Assembly (NCBI GenBank): GCA_012026655.1
Contig: JAAILG010000111.1
Location: 62,001-126,000 of the forward strand
Source of the DNA: Hydrolagus affinis
Lineage: Eukaryota
Length of the DNA: 64,000 bases
Reading direction: 5' to 3'
Shown here: positions 13,866-26,073 of the stretch, piece by piece
Layout of the letters: every line of letters begins with the position of its first letter
Numbering within the stretch: position 1 is the first letter of the stretch
Notes under the pieces: generated by a model
Told to the model about the DNA's origin: nothing
Databases searched by the model: none
Seen by the model: only the letters and a program-made list of their open reading frames with translations
Made by a program: the position numbers and the translations under genes

Positions 13866-14089
13866 GGGAGAATTCTACCTGGGCCAATTAATGTAGCATT
13901 TTAGAGTGCGCAGAATTAGGCAAATTGTTAAATTCAATCTTAACTTTGAATTCGGTTTTTTGTAGTTCTTACAAGATGTTTAAAGAAAAGCAGCTTGAAA
14001 GTTATGGTTTTATTTTAAAAATTGCCAAATTCTGATGCTCTACAGCGCAACATAAACAGAGTAAATCTAGATCCAGGTGGAATTCCCCT
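13866..14089. mobile_element. Ancient MITE-like element with imperfect terminal inverted repeats
   Basis: Left gggagaattctacctgg...tgtagcattttagagtgcgcagaattaggcaa versus the reverse complement of the right end ggggaattccacctgg...tgttgcgctgtagagcatcagaatttggcaa. Confidence 0.5.
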
Positions 14090-14924
14090 TTATAGATCTC
14101 AACATCTCAAATCTTTAATCCTTAACAGCACACTTAAAACCCTCCAAAGCTTTAGAAAAAAACAGTAAGAATACATCTCTTTACTATACTGTACTTAATT
14201 CTTTGCTAACTTTGTCATAAAACTTGTTTGTGGATGAAAGTAACATAAGATTTTTTACAAAGTACACTCATTTATAATGGGTCTAAATTGATGTCGACAC
14301 ATTAAGGAGAATCTTTTGCGCACATTTCAGTGTGAAGCAAATGTTCTGTAAATTACTGAAGGATTTGGCACAATTTTAAAGGTAAAATAACTGGCAGGAT
14401 CCTACTCTCCAGGCACTGGAAAAGGATGGTTAAATGATCCAGTTTATTTCAGAATCTTTGCACAGTGCAAGTTTAAAAAAATAAAGTAAATGACTAAATT
14501 ACTGTGGATCTTTTGTGTTTTACTGCCAATTTTGTTTAAATTGATCACACTCCATCTGGGGTTACTTTTGATGTCCTTTAATCCTTTCTTGATATCTTCT
14601 ACCTAGAGGACAACCTCCTCACTGGGGGGTTGGTGGGTAACTTTGCTCTCTAGCATCTGGGATGAAGCTGGACTTTTGCCTGATTGAATTGCCTTGTTTA
14701 AAATATTACATTTTATTATTTTCCCCAACTATGGAAGCCTCTAAATCAATTCTGGTAACAGAGCTGGGGGAGGGATAGGAGTTGATTGATCATGACCAGT
14801 CTGTATGTACGCATGTAATATTTCCCATATACTGTACATGTCATTGTGTCTTTGCGGCAACCTCATCACTTGCTGCGAGGTATAACATGTAAGATTTAAT
14901 CTGTCTAACCTAGATGGTAGTCAT

Positions 14925-15180
14925 AATAATGCTTGCATTTGATACAGCACCTTATCATGTTGTTGAGATGTCTCAAAGCGCTTCACAGCTTTTCTCTAAA
15001 TTGACGGGTTTGTGTGTATTTTGTGGGTGAACATGGCAGGCAATTTGCACATAGCAATGTCCCACAAATAACCAGAGTGACCAACCAATTTTATTTTGTG
15101 GGGCTTTGTTGGCCAGGATGCTGAGAGAGCCCACAACTTTCTGACTCAGAGGTGAGAGGGCTATCACTGAGTCAGGCTGA
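14925..15180 (-). mobile_element. Internally deleted Deu-type SINE
   Basis: Shared SINE tail joined almost directly to a Deu-type head (cccacaactttctgactcagaggtgagagggctatcactgag). Confidence 0.7.
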
Positions 15181-15479
15181 GTTTCGTAATAATTATTCCA
15201 AAATATATAATAAAGTACATTGTTAATAGTACAGATTGAGAGGACAAAGCACTGACACAGTTTACCAAGTAGAGATTTTGCAGGAGGTGTCACCCAACCC
15301 ATCTGAGCTTTGAGACAGTGAGTTTCCATTAGTATCCACACCTTGACCATTATCTTAGATACATCTCGGTGTAGCTAACAGTCAAAGGTAGTTCAGAATC
15401 AGCAGATCACTATAGGATTTTCCTTCACATTTATCCTGGTCCTCGTCATAATCCTAATATAATAAAGGCGAGGGACACA

Positions 15480-15737
15480 CCTTACTCGATTTCCCACATG
15501 AGCTGCCCACACGGCTAAGCTGAGAGAATGGCGACTTATTTTTGCCAAATGAACATTGTTTTGTTCCATGGCTGTGTTGCCTCCAGGGATTGGGTTGATG
15601 CTCTGGCTTAACTCAAGTCACTTAAAGCTCTCACTGAGGGTCGAAAGGATCCTTTGATTGGCATAGTGTGGATTGAATTCAGAGCTAAGGCCTGCAGGTG
15701 AAAGGAAACATTCTGATGTACTGTGCCACCCAGTCCC
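15480..15737 (-). mobile_element. LF-SINE-like ancient SINE relic
   Basis: Minus strand begins gggactgggtggcacagt...cctttcacctgcagg...ttcaatcca, resembling the recalled LF-SINE 5' end (GGGACTGGATGGCTCAGT...CCTTTCACCTCTAGG...TTCAAATCCA). Highly diverged. Confidence 0.45.
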
Positions 15738-15989
15738 TTGTGTATGGGCTTGTTAAATAAAAAACAAACGGGATAAAAGGATGAAAGAAAAGTAAGTGGG
15801 AAAGCTAGCGAGTTATCTCACTTTTCTCTCTAATCATAATTAACTCACTTTTGAGAATTGAATTGTGGAATCACAGAATGAGAAATGACTTATTAATGCA
15901 TATGTTATTTTATAGGTGATGGATACCCACTAATGGGGGGGCGGAGGAGGAAAGAAAAGTGGAAAGATTCTTACGGTTTATAATTTATA

Positions 15990-16495
15990 GAGTTTCGTGG
16001 CAGAGGGATTGAGGGAGAGTATTCCTGAGTTTTGGGGTAATTTGAGGGATTGAGGGAGTATGTTGTTTAAAAAAAAGATTGAGGGAGTGTGTTCCCGAGT
16101 TTCAGGGAGTAATGGCTGAAAGCGTGACCTCCGATGGTGGAGCGGAGGGAGCGAGGGACAAGCAGGAAGCAGCTGCTAGTTGAGCAGAGGTGCCAGGTGG
16201 TGGATCGGAGAGTGAGGAGGTTGGAGAGGTAGAGAGGTTGCAGGGAGTGAATGAATTTGAACACGAGTGTGAGGATCTTGAAGTCAAGCCATTTGTGATA
16301 GGGAGCAAGTGGAGCCTGGCCAGAATTGTTCAGGTGGGAGTACGGAGTTTGGTCCATGTAAGCATACGAGCAGCAGAGTTCTGAATGAGATGCATTTTTA
16401 GAATAGTGGTGCTGGGCAGACTGGCGAGGAGTGCATTTGAGTAATCCTGGCGGTCAGGTGCTAAACGCATGTACGAGGGTTTCAACTGCATTTGT
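15990..16495 (-). mobile_element. L2 LINE ORF2 C-terminal remnant
   Basis: ORF 16067-16357 contains FKILTLVFKFIHSLQPLYLSNLL...FSHYSLKLGNTLP, a typical L2/CR1-group ORF2 C-terminus. Confidence 0.85.
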
Positions 16496-16504
16496 GGTAT
16501 GGTA

Positions 16505-17105
16505 CAACAGCAACAACAACAAAATTACATTCATAGAGCGCTTTTCATGTTGGGAGGACGAACCCAAGGTGCTGAACAGTTGGGTTGGGACCCGAGCAAG
16601 GGAGAGGGGTAGGTTATTGGGGAGGGGTGGGAGAGAGTTTGGAGGGGAGGGAGAGTTATAATAATAAATAATCCTTGCATTTGATATAGCGCTTTCCACA
16701 TCTTATCAACGTCCCAAAGCGCTTCACAGAATATACTGTAAAGTGAATTGACTGTATATATTTGTGGGCTAATCGCAGCAGCCAATTGCGCACAGCAGTG
16801 TCCCACACACAGTCGTGGATTGAAATGACCAATTTTATTATTGTGTTTTTTTTTGAGGGATTATTATTAGGTGTATGGAGTAAGGAAACTTGCTCAAGGT
16901 TTTGTCCCGACCTGCCTGGATTCGAACACAGGTCTCCCCAGCTTGGTCTCCCCAGCTTGGTCTCCCCAGCTTGCAAGACAAGTGCTCTAACCACTGAGCT
17001 ACAGGAGCTCCACATTGGGAGGATAGCAGAAGGCACAGTTGAAGAGGAGGATCTTAAGACCGGCCTTGAAGAAGGCGAAGGAGGGAGTGAGGCGAAGGTA
17101 CTGCA
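16505..17105 (-). mobile_element. L2 3' end with (TTG)n tail, split by a SINE
   Basis: caacaacaacaaaattacattcatagagcgc tail; homology resumes at ~17015 (gaagaggaggatcttaagaccggccttg). Confidence 0.8.
16658..17011 (-). mobile_element. Full-length SINE with 3x14-bp tandem repeat in the head
   Basis: A and B boxes present; (ggtctccccagctt)x3 at 16931-16972. Confidence 0.9.
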
Positions 17106-18009
17106 GGATGGCATGTGGCTTGGTTCAGTTGGAGCAGGCAATGTGGCGGAGGTGGAGGAAAGCGGATTTGGTGGAGGGAGTTTATCCTGCCATCTTAGTC
17201 AAGAAACCTCCAGACCGAAATGTTAATTTATTGTATTGCTGTTTCTGGGCAGCGTTGTGCACAAATTGGTTGCCAAATTTGCTGACAAATCCATATTCAC
17301 TACACTTTATTGTAAATCCTGTGAAATGGTTTTGAGACATTTCAATGACATAAAAGGTACCATAATAAATTAAATGATTATTACTATGACTATTTATGTC
17401 TTCTTTCCTGCTAGGACCAATGAAATTCTCAATTTATGGTTCTGGAAAGCAAATGATGAATACTTTATAAATATGGACAAATTTGTTATTGATTTTATAG
17501 TATTTTTTAATCGGATTTATTAATTAGATCTGAATCAAACCTGAAGGTCTATGATTGCAACTCATGGAATCCCATTCCAACTTGGTCTATTTTCAGAGTA
17601 GGGTCCCTCGAACCATAGTAATTTGCTTTACTCTCAATATCAAGCTGTGTGGTTTTAGCTAGTTAATCTCCAGCAGCACTTCTGAAATCATCAAAGGGCT
17701 CCTAATACTCTCTGAGATTAGGTGAGCAGCGTGCATCTCTCCAGAGAGAGGGAGAGTGCTTTCCTTACCAGAGACATGGAAATTACGTATGTATGTGAAA
17801 TTCTTAATCTTTATGGGCTTTTGCATGTGTCAGACATCCAGCTGACCAACACAAGTGCTAATAACTCAACATGTACCTCATTTATTCATCCTTCTCCATT
17901 CTGCCTCCCTGTGTAATCTGTTTCATTCCACGTAGTCACCACTTTCGATGTAAAGTAATAAACCCCAACTACCTATTCACTGAACGCCTTGACTCCATGT
18001 CCTTTTAGT

Positions 18010-18715
18010 TTAAGGATGCCGTCCGGTGTGGAGGGCACTATATAAATCAATGTTGTTGTTGTTGTTGTTGTTAAGGTCTTTTCTTCACCATACTAAAAAA
18101 ATTCACAATGGGTTACTTTGATGGGTAGTGGAGTCATGCAGCCAAGCACAGGAATAATTTGGTTCATCCCTGGACCAACAGTGAGACATATCACAAATTG
18201 ATCTGGTTTTGTTTGATTAATTTGGTGAGGGAGGAATATTAACTAAAATCCCTGGAAAATGTTCTCCTCTTGTTTCAGATTGTGTCAGCGCCTTGGGACG
18301 TCCTCCTGATGTGAAAGGCACTCTATAAATGTAATTTTGTTGTTGTTGTTGTCATGTGATCTTAGAAGTTGCACGAGAGCAGGCAGACAGAACCTTGGTT
18401 TAATATCTCAACCCAAAGGACAACAATCCCTCACTTCTGCACAAGAGCATTGGCCTAAACTCTGCTCCCACACTCTCAAACTCCATCCCACAGTCCCTTC
18501 GCCTCGCTTCTTCCCTCTCCTCCTTCAAGGCTGGTCTCAAGACCCTCCTCTTTGATTGTGCCTTCTGCCACTCTCTCAACTCTTCCGCTCCCCTCCTAAC
18601 TCTCTCCCGCCCCTCTCCCATACCCTGCCCCTCTCCCCTGCTTGGGTCCCAACCTGACTGTGCATGTCCTCCTGACATGAAAGGCGCTCTACAAATGTAA
18701 TCTTGTTGTTGTTGT
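18010..18715. mobile_element. Repeat cluster: L2 tails, a minus-strand Deu-SINE remnant and an L2 3' end
   Basis: L2 tails at 18010-18072 and 18286-18352, Deu remnant at ~18170-18450 (ggtttaatatctca), L2 3' end at 18460-18715 ending (TTG)n. Confidence 0.7.
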
Positions 18716-19345
18716 TCAAGACTGTGATTTGGTTCGGCTTCTTCGTTATTAAGCATGAAATGGTCCCTTTGTAAATGTTCAACTGTAAATCCTGTCTGGT
18801 GACTGCTTGGCTACGTTCCTATTCAATTACTTTGGCTTCACTTTGGGAAAGTATTTCATATAAAATTGGAGAAAAGAAGGCTAACCACTCACAAGAGTAA
18901 ATAGTACCCTGCATGGAGCTCATCAGTTCATTATTATTGAGATCATCGTTTTCATTGAAGGAAGTGAGGGAGAAATGCAATAAAAAATTAAATATTAATC
19001 TGTCTGTCTGGAAACAGTGTTGTTGCTTACTATCTGTCTGTATTAAGTTTCCGCAACATGAGTTGTGTGCGCCAGCTATTAATAACACACCGTATTGAAC
19101 ACTTTTTTTAAGGAGGGAACTAACATCATCATTTAATTTTCACAAACATAAAAAGCATGAATCACTTCAGGCACCCCCACAATTGAAGGGGTGCATTGCA
19201 TTTATTAGTACATGTATATTAGTATAAAAAGAGCCACGTATTAAAAACCTGCTGATTCTCGAATTACACAGTTAGAAACAAAGAGGGCTTTGCAGCTGAA
19301 TGCACCTGAAAGGCAATTGGCTTGGGGAGGTGCAAATTCAATGCA

Positions 19346-19690
19346 CCTCCTGTAGCTCTGTGGTTAGAGCACTCGCCTTGCAAGCAAGAGGTTTGATTCC
19401 CAGGCATGGTGAAATGTTGGACAAGTTTCCTTACTCCACATGCCTCTGTTTACCTAGGTAAGTTAGTTGATTGGCAGATCACTTTTCCTGGGGTAATAAT
19501 CTCTCTCCCACCCAAATAATAATAATTTGGTCACTCAATCCACGACTGTTTGTGGGACACTGCTGTACGTGCTTTGCCCACAAATTATATTAACTTTACG
19601 GTATATTCTGTGAAATGCTTCGAGATGTCTCAAAGACCTGATAAGGCACTACAGGTATATCAAATGCAATGATTTTCATTATTATTATCA
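19346..19690 (+). mobile_element. SINE, long-body subtype
   Basis: cctgtagctctgtggttagagc head; extra body segment gcctctgtttacctag...gatcacttttcctggggtaataat; (ATT)n tail. Confidence 0.85.
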
Positions 19691-20004
19691 TTATCTCTGT
19701 AACACTTGTTCAATTCTTCAGCTTCACTTTATGCAGAATAATTCTCTTCACACAAATGAATCATCTTTTTTTAAAGTACACAATACTCTCAATGCCCACT
19801 GGAACACAGATTCACACAAAAGTGAAATGTAAAAGTGATCAGAGGCACCTGTGAACTATGTTGTTCAGTTGCAAAATACACAGTAACTACACTGCACAGT
19901 AAATCCTGTGAAATGTTTGGGATTGTTTGCCAACGTGATTAGGTGCTCAGTCAAAGATTATTATTGTATAATTCTATGGCTGCCTGCTTCAAATAAAATG
20001 TTAT

Positions 20005-20165
20005 AATAATAATAAATTGGTCATTTCAATCCACGACTGTTTGCTGTTGCATTTGCCAACATATATATAGTCAATTCGCTTTACCGTATATTCTGTGAAG
20101 CGCTTTGAGACGTTTAGAAGACGTGAAAAGCTCTATATCAAATGCAAGGATTATTATTATTATTA
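20005..20165 (+). mobile_element. SINE 3' half
   Basis: aaattggtcatttcaatccacgac...gtgaagcgctttgagacg...ggattattatt. Confidence 0.85.
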
Positions 20166-20865
20166 GTATAAAAACTACCACATGATTCCAGAGATTTTTC
20201 ACTCCCACTGAACAAGCAGTTTGAGGGAGAAACTTTTGGTTTGTTATAACTGATATGATGTGATACTTATAACATTTAATATAAAAATCCTTGCATTTCG
20301 TAGCACCTTTCACATCTGGAAAAATCCCAAAGCGCTTCACACAACATATGTAAAGTATAGTGACTGTGCTTCAAGGGTGCATAGGTGATGAAAATGCGGA
20401 GTTTCATTTGATAAATTGTTCTCTGTGTTTTGCCTATTCTAACCGTTTTGAAAATTATTTCTAACTTACAAAAACTTTCCTTTTGTCCACTTGAAATGGT
20501 GATTTGCAGCACAATAAGCTTGGTCCACACATGCAGTGGGTTTGATAGATAGAATGACCTTTCGTTGTTCCATGATTAATTATGAGAGCCACAAAATCAA
20601 TTACCCTCCCCATAAAATTCCAATCTTCATTTCAATGGGAAGCATCTAAAACAATGGTTTGCACACAGTGTTAGCATTGAACTGCGTTCCTGTGACTATA
20701 CCTACAATAGATGAGGGATTGACCAGTTGATATTTAATGGAGACTTGAAAATGCTTCCAAATCTCACCGTCAACAAAGCAATAAACAGAAACCTCTATTC
20801 TGCAGAGCGGAGATTCTGAAGGTATTTCTTTGCCTGTTCTCCTCTCTGATCACGGAAATGAATGT

Positions 20866-21188
20866 GGAGCTCCTGTAGCTCAGTGGTTAGAGTACTCGCC
20901 TTACAAGTGTGAGACCTGTGTTCGAATCCAGGCAGATCAGGGCAAAACCTTGGGCAAGTTTCCTTACTCCACATGCCTAATAATAATCCTTCAAAAAAAA
21001 AAACACAATAATAAAATTGGTCATTTCAATCCATGACTGTTTGTGGGATACTGCTGTGCACAATTGGCTGCCACATTTCGCCCACAAATATAGTCAATTC
21101 ACTTTACAGTAAATTCTGTGAAGCGCTTTGAGACGTCGATATGATGTGAAAAGTGCTATATCAAATGCAAGGATTATTATTATTATTA
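20866..21188 (+). mobile_element. Full-length tRNA-derived SINE (reference copy, short-body subtype)
   Basis: GGAGCTCCTGTAGCTCAGTGGTTAGAG A box, GTTCGAATCC B box, TTGGGCAAGTTTCCTTACTCC segment, L2-like stem-loop tail and (ATT)n. Confidence 0.92.
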
Positions 21189-22319
21189 TGTTTACAGGGT
21201 TCCACAGAGAAACCCTCTATAGAAAGATTGTTCACAGAGTAAAGCTTGAAAACAGAAAATCAGGTCGGGAAGGAATGGATACGGACTCAAAGAACATCTA
21301 TTTTATATATTTTTATATAGTGTTTCAATGTGCATACATTTGCTGTGTTAGTCTTCTACTTGCTGTCACTGTTTAAAGTTAAATATGGTCACTAGTACAA
21401 GCGATCAGCCCAAGTATGGACCCCATTGAGATCTCTAGTAAGGTCTCGGCTGTCTCCTCAGATTTCACAGAGCTCTCTACCTTAGAGTTATCTGCAGCTG
21501 AAACTACCTGTCACAAATTCTGCAAATGCGGATGATTTATGTGTGCTCGGAACAGGTAGGGTTCCAGCACAGACCCCCTGATACCCCTACTTAATACCTC
21601 CCTCCTTTCAATCAAAACTCCTTAACTACTTGACAAGGACATGTCAAAGCTGCAGTAAATGTTATTTCGAAAAGGAAATGGTTGGTACATTGGTAGACTA
21701 CCTTAGCAGTAAGAGCTGAAGCAATATAAATGGGTTCAAGAGACAAAGACATGTGTTACTGGAATGCGAAGAAGACTGAAAGATGTGATGAAAAGGAGGG
21801 TCATTGGCTTCGGTACTATCAAAAAATAATCAGCTTGTGGGGCAGACTTGTCCTTTCCCTGACCAAAAAATTGTTCTTAATTTGGTCCAATTGCGTGAAA
21901 TCAAGAGAAAACTGATCAATTCAGTTTTGAGGACATTTTTAAAATTCCTGTCATCAGGTCAAATGACTTCAAGATTTTTCCAAAGTTTTTACATTTGAAC
22001 TTGAATGCAAAATAGCAACTATGTCCCCTGGAAATGAAAGAAACGGACTGGAATCTGAAACTGGATACATGTAACAGACAGGATGGAAACTGTAAATAGC
22101 CCAATGGAGCTAACTTGAAAAACATTTGAAATGGTTAGAGAGAAATAATAATCCATGTCCAAAAATGCCAAACACTACTCTAGATTATCATGTCATTGAC
22201 CGGGAAACAACAATAATAATCCTTGCAGTTAATATAGTGTCTTATCACGTTGTTGAGACATCTCAAAGCGCTGCACAGAATATACTGTAACATGTGGTAA
22301 CTCTGTAATTTGTGGGCTT

Positions 22320-22450
22320 TTATTTATTTTATTATTTTATTTGAATATTATTTATTTTAATTTCTATATTTATTTTAATTTTATATTCTGTTATATTTAT
22401 TTTTATTTATATCCGATTATCTATTTTTTATTTTAGATTTTGTTGTTTTA
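22320..22450. repeat. AT-rich low-complexity (TTTA/TTATT)n tract
   Basis: About 130 bp almost entirely T/A, adjacent to a SINE tail at 22210-22315. Confidence 0.8.
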
Positions 22451-23696
22451 AAAAAATTATATTGTATAGTCAAACAACAAACTGGATTGGAATTTGTATT
22501 ATGAACAAGGTTTCAGTAAGATTCCATTTAACATCTTGAACAAACAATGGTGGTGTGCATATTTCATTGCATTTTTATTTTCTCAAACTGTGCAACATAA
22601 TATACTCAAAAATATAAGTTCTCACCAGTTCCCAAAGGTACTTTTTAAAGCAAACTTTTATTAGAGAAAAGGGAAGTACACTTTTATTTTGTTTTTATTA
22701 CCATATTTTCTCTTTTACGGGCCCCCTGCCACCACACACCCTCTCTGTGAATGATACTATTTGCACAAAAGACCTTCTCCACAGCATAGCAAGTGCTGCT
22801 GTGTGATTAAAGCAAGATGGGAAGAGAATGTCAGGATAAGATGGATGAGTTAGCTCCCACATGGCACTCCATGTTCTCAACCAACTTAGAACTGTCTAAA
22901 GATGATATAAGTGAAGGCAGACACGGATGCCCAAAATGTAGGATTAAAGGGCGTGGAACCTTTCAGCAGAGAAAGAGGCCATTCATCCCATGATGTCTGT
23001 GCCATCTGCATTATTACCCTTTCCTGCTCTGTTTGCGAGGGATGTATAGTCTATATTCAGTGATCTGTCCATTTCCTTTAACAATTTGTTTAATTATTCT
23101 ATTTTCCTTCGATCTTTTCAAAGTGCAACCCATTCACACGAAGCACATTGCCCAAAGCTAAACTCAGTAGACAGAACTGTTATCATTAACTTTGAAAGGT
23201 GTGTGCAAACTGTCAGACTGCGCCCTCAGTTACAACACTTACTTTATCTTCCACTTCAAGGCATCTTAGATTATTTTGCTTCTGAATCTGTTAAAAGTCT
23301 GCATCGCTTCCTCATAGGTTAACGGCAGATCTAGAATCTCATTAGTTACAACCAACTCATTTCTGCAGGGGATTGAGAGACCAGGGATGAACAATTGCAT
23401 AGAGATTACTAATTTAAACCAGCTGTGTTTAGTGATGCTTTCCCTGATCTCAGCAAAAAAAAATCTGTTTACAAATAAAGAAGTCTGCAAATTATACAGT
23501 TCACCACCTCAAGGGTGTTAAGTGATGTGATCAAACACTGGGAAATGGAATGAAAAGATCTGCATGATCTTTTGTGAAGCACTCTGAGATGCGGTCCGGC
23601 GTGGAGGGCGCTATATAAATCAAAGTTGTTCTTGTTGTTGTTGTTGATCTAATAAAATGGTGGAACAGACTCAATAGCCCAAATGGTCTTTGTTCC

Positions 23697-24330
23697 AATA
23701 TAATAATAATCCTTGCATTTGATATAATGCTTTTCATATCATCTAGATGTCTCACAGCGCTTCACAAAGTGAATTGACTGTACATTTGTGGGCGAAACGC
23801 GGCAGCCAAATTGCACACAGCAGTGTTCCACAAACTGTCATGGATTGAAATGACCAATTTTATTTTCATGTTTTTTTTTGAGGGATTATTATTAGGCATG
23901 TGAAGAAAGGAAACTTGCCCAAGGTTTAACCCTGACCTGCTTGGTTTCGAACACAGGTCTCACAACAACCACAACAATTTAAACTTATAAAGCGCCTTTC
24001 ACGTCGGGAGGACATCCCAAGGCGCTGCACAGGAGGCGTGTGACCCGAGCTGGGAGGGGAGTGTTTGGGAAGGGGTGAAACACGTAGGGGAGGTCGAAAA
24101 GTTCGGGGGGGAACAAAAGGCACGGTCGAAAAGGAAAGTCTTCAAACCAGCCTTGAAAGAGGAAAGGGAGGAAACAAGGCGGAGGGATTGGGGGATGGAA
24201 TTCCATAGGGAGGGAGCGGAGAAACTGAAGGCCCGGCCTCCGATGGTGGGGCGGTTCGGGTGGGGGGCTTGGAGCAGGCCAAGTCCTGCTGAACGCTTGT
24301 AAGGCGAGTGCTCTAACCACTGAGCTTCAG
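23697..24330 (-). mobile_element. SINE interrupted in its head by an L2 3' end (23964-24293)
   Basis: SINE homology stops at ggtctcac (~23963), an L2 tail and body follow, and the head resumes at cgcttgtaaggcgagtgctctaacc (24294-24330). Confidence 0.85.
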
Positions 24331-24417
24331 TAATCCATCTTTATGTCTTTCAGTCTATGATTAATGTTGATTTTATACCACACAGTGCAGTATAAATAAA
24401 AACAATCCTTATATTAG

Positions 24418-24560
24418 ATAATTATTTGGGGAGTACAAGTTTACAGGGCTATGGGGAGAGAGCAGGGGAGGGGGATTGATTTGAATAGCTCTTTTCAAAG
24501 AGCCGGCATAGAGATGATGGGTCGAATGACCTCCTTCTGTGCTGTATAATTCTATGATTT
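24418..24560 (+). mobile_element. CR1 LINE extreme 3' end
   Basis: gggctatggggagagagcagg...gatgggtcgaatgacctccttctgtgctgtataattctatgatt; same family as 37813-38229. Confidence 0.8.
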
Positions 24561-25409
24561 GCTATAGCGCCTTTCATGTCAGGAGGAAGAACTGATATTG
24601 TTGACCTACAATAATGTTATACAATATAATTGACTCTTATACAGTACTTTTCATGTTCGGAGCTGAGGGCAGCGAGGACGGGAAAGATGAGCAAAAATGT
24701 GGTTATCTCTCTGATACATGTTTTCAATGATGAGTTTCTCTTCTGACTGTTTATCCTTGGTTTCTGATCCTTTTGAGGAACACAAAATCTGGACTGTCTC
24801 CTTCGGTTAACTAAAGGCAAGTAGTGGGATTCAGGCAATCCCACTTGCTGTAATTCAATGTGATGCATTATATATAAATCAAGCTTTCTTCTCAACCCCA
24901 CTACTCCATCCCCACTTTCTCCCACTGCCTCTTGCAGCATGAAATAATTCCCCAACCAATGAATGAACTGTGATTTGACATGAGATGATAATTCCTTTCA
25001 CATAAATTTCAATAATGGCAAAATATAATCCCAATTAAACAGCCGTTCGGATTTACTCCTACAGTGCTAGAAAATACAGGCGTCCCACCTGACACAAGAT
25101 AATAGGAAAAAAAATTATTTCTACCTTATAAGCTTCCCACAGCTGTATTGATTTTAGATACATTACATTTCAGCGCCTTGGGATGTCTCCCGACGTAAAA
25201 GACGCTCTATAAATGTCATTTTGTTGTTGTTGTTGTTGTTTGTATTTATATTATTTAGTCGTTCAGTAATTTCCACTTTTGAGGACTCGTGATGGACACA
25301 GTTTGGTAGGTTAGAAACACTGAGGCCAATAGTGATGTCAGGCAACAAAAACAGAAATTGCTGGGATCAGTCAGCGGGTCAGGCTGCATCTATGGAGAAA
25401 GGAAAAGTG

Positions 25410-25446
25410 AGTCAACGTTTCGGGTCCACAACCCTTTGTCAGAACT
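25410..25446 (-). ncRNA. Minimal type I hammerhead ribozyme motif (degenerate), second pLTR copy
   Basis: Minus strand agtt-CTGACAA-agggttgtggaccc-GAAA-cgtt-gact. GAAA is intact; the CUGANGA box has G>A at a likely CpG. Confidence 0.7.
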
Positions 25447-25554
25447 AGGTCATGTTGGGATGAAGAGGCTTTTAAGGATTAACAGAGAGAGAGAGGCAGG
25501 GCAAGGAAGACAAGGAGAAAATGGGTAATTTTATAATTATTTTCTAAATAATTG

Positions 25555-25899
25555 TAATAATATAATTATAATAATCCTTGCATTTGATATAGCACTTTTC
25601 ACATCTTATGTGACGTCCCAAAGCGCTTCACAGAATATACTGTAAAGTGAATTGACTGTATATTTGTGGGCGAATCGCGGCAGCCAATTGCGCACAGCAG
25701 TGTCCCACAAACAGTTGTGGATTGAAATGACCAATTTTATTATTGTGGTTTTTTTGGATGGATTATTATTAGACATGTGGAGTAAGGAAACTTGCCCAAG
25801 GTTTCACCCTGATCTGCCTGGATTCAAACACAGGTCTCCCCAGCTTGGTCTCTCCAGCTTGCAAGACAAGTGCTCTAATTACTAAGCCACAGGAGCTCT
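25555..25899 (-). mobile_element. Full-length SINE with 2x14-bp head repeat, nested in Penelope
   Basis: Near-identical to 16658-17011; repeat at 25833-25860. Confidence 0.9.
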
Positions 25900-26073
25900 A
25901 CCTCTTGGGTAGAGGGCAAGAGATGATGGGTTAAAGAGGTGTTAACATTGTGAAACAAAAGGGGTAATTGCACCAAAACTGGAGAGGTGTTAATAACGTT
26001 AAAACAAAAGAGGGGTAAAATTGCCAAAGAACAGGCAGATCAGATGGTCGCAGAAGAGGGGGAAGGTGAGCTG

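Noticed and set aside
16931-16972. CRISPR-like array (also considered for 62812-62920)
   Set aside because: Contiguous tandem units without unique spacers, in a eukaryotic context with no cas genes.
20866-20935. tRNA genes at SINE heads
   Set aside because: A and B boxes are present, but each head continues into a SINE body and copies diverge freely; these are tRNA-derived promoters.
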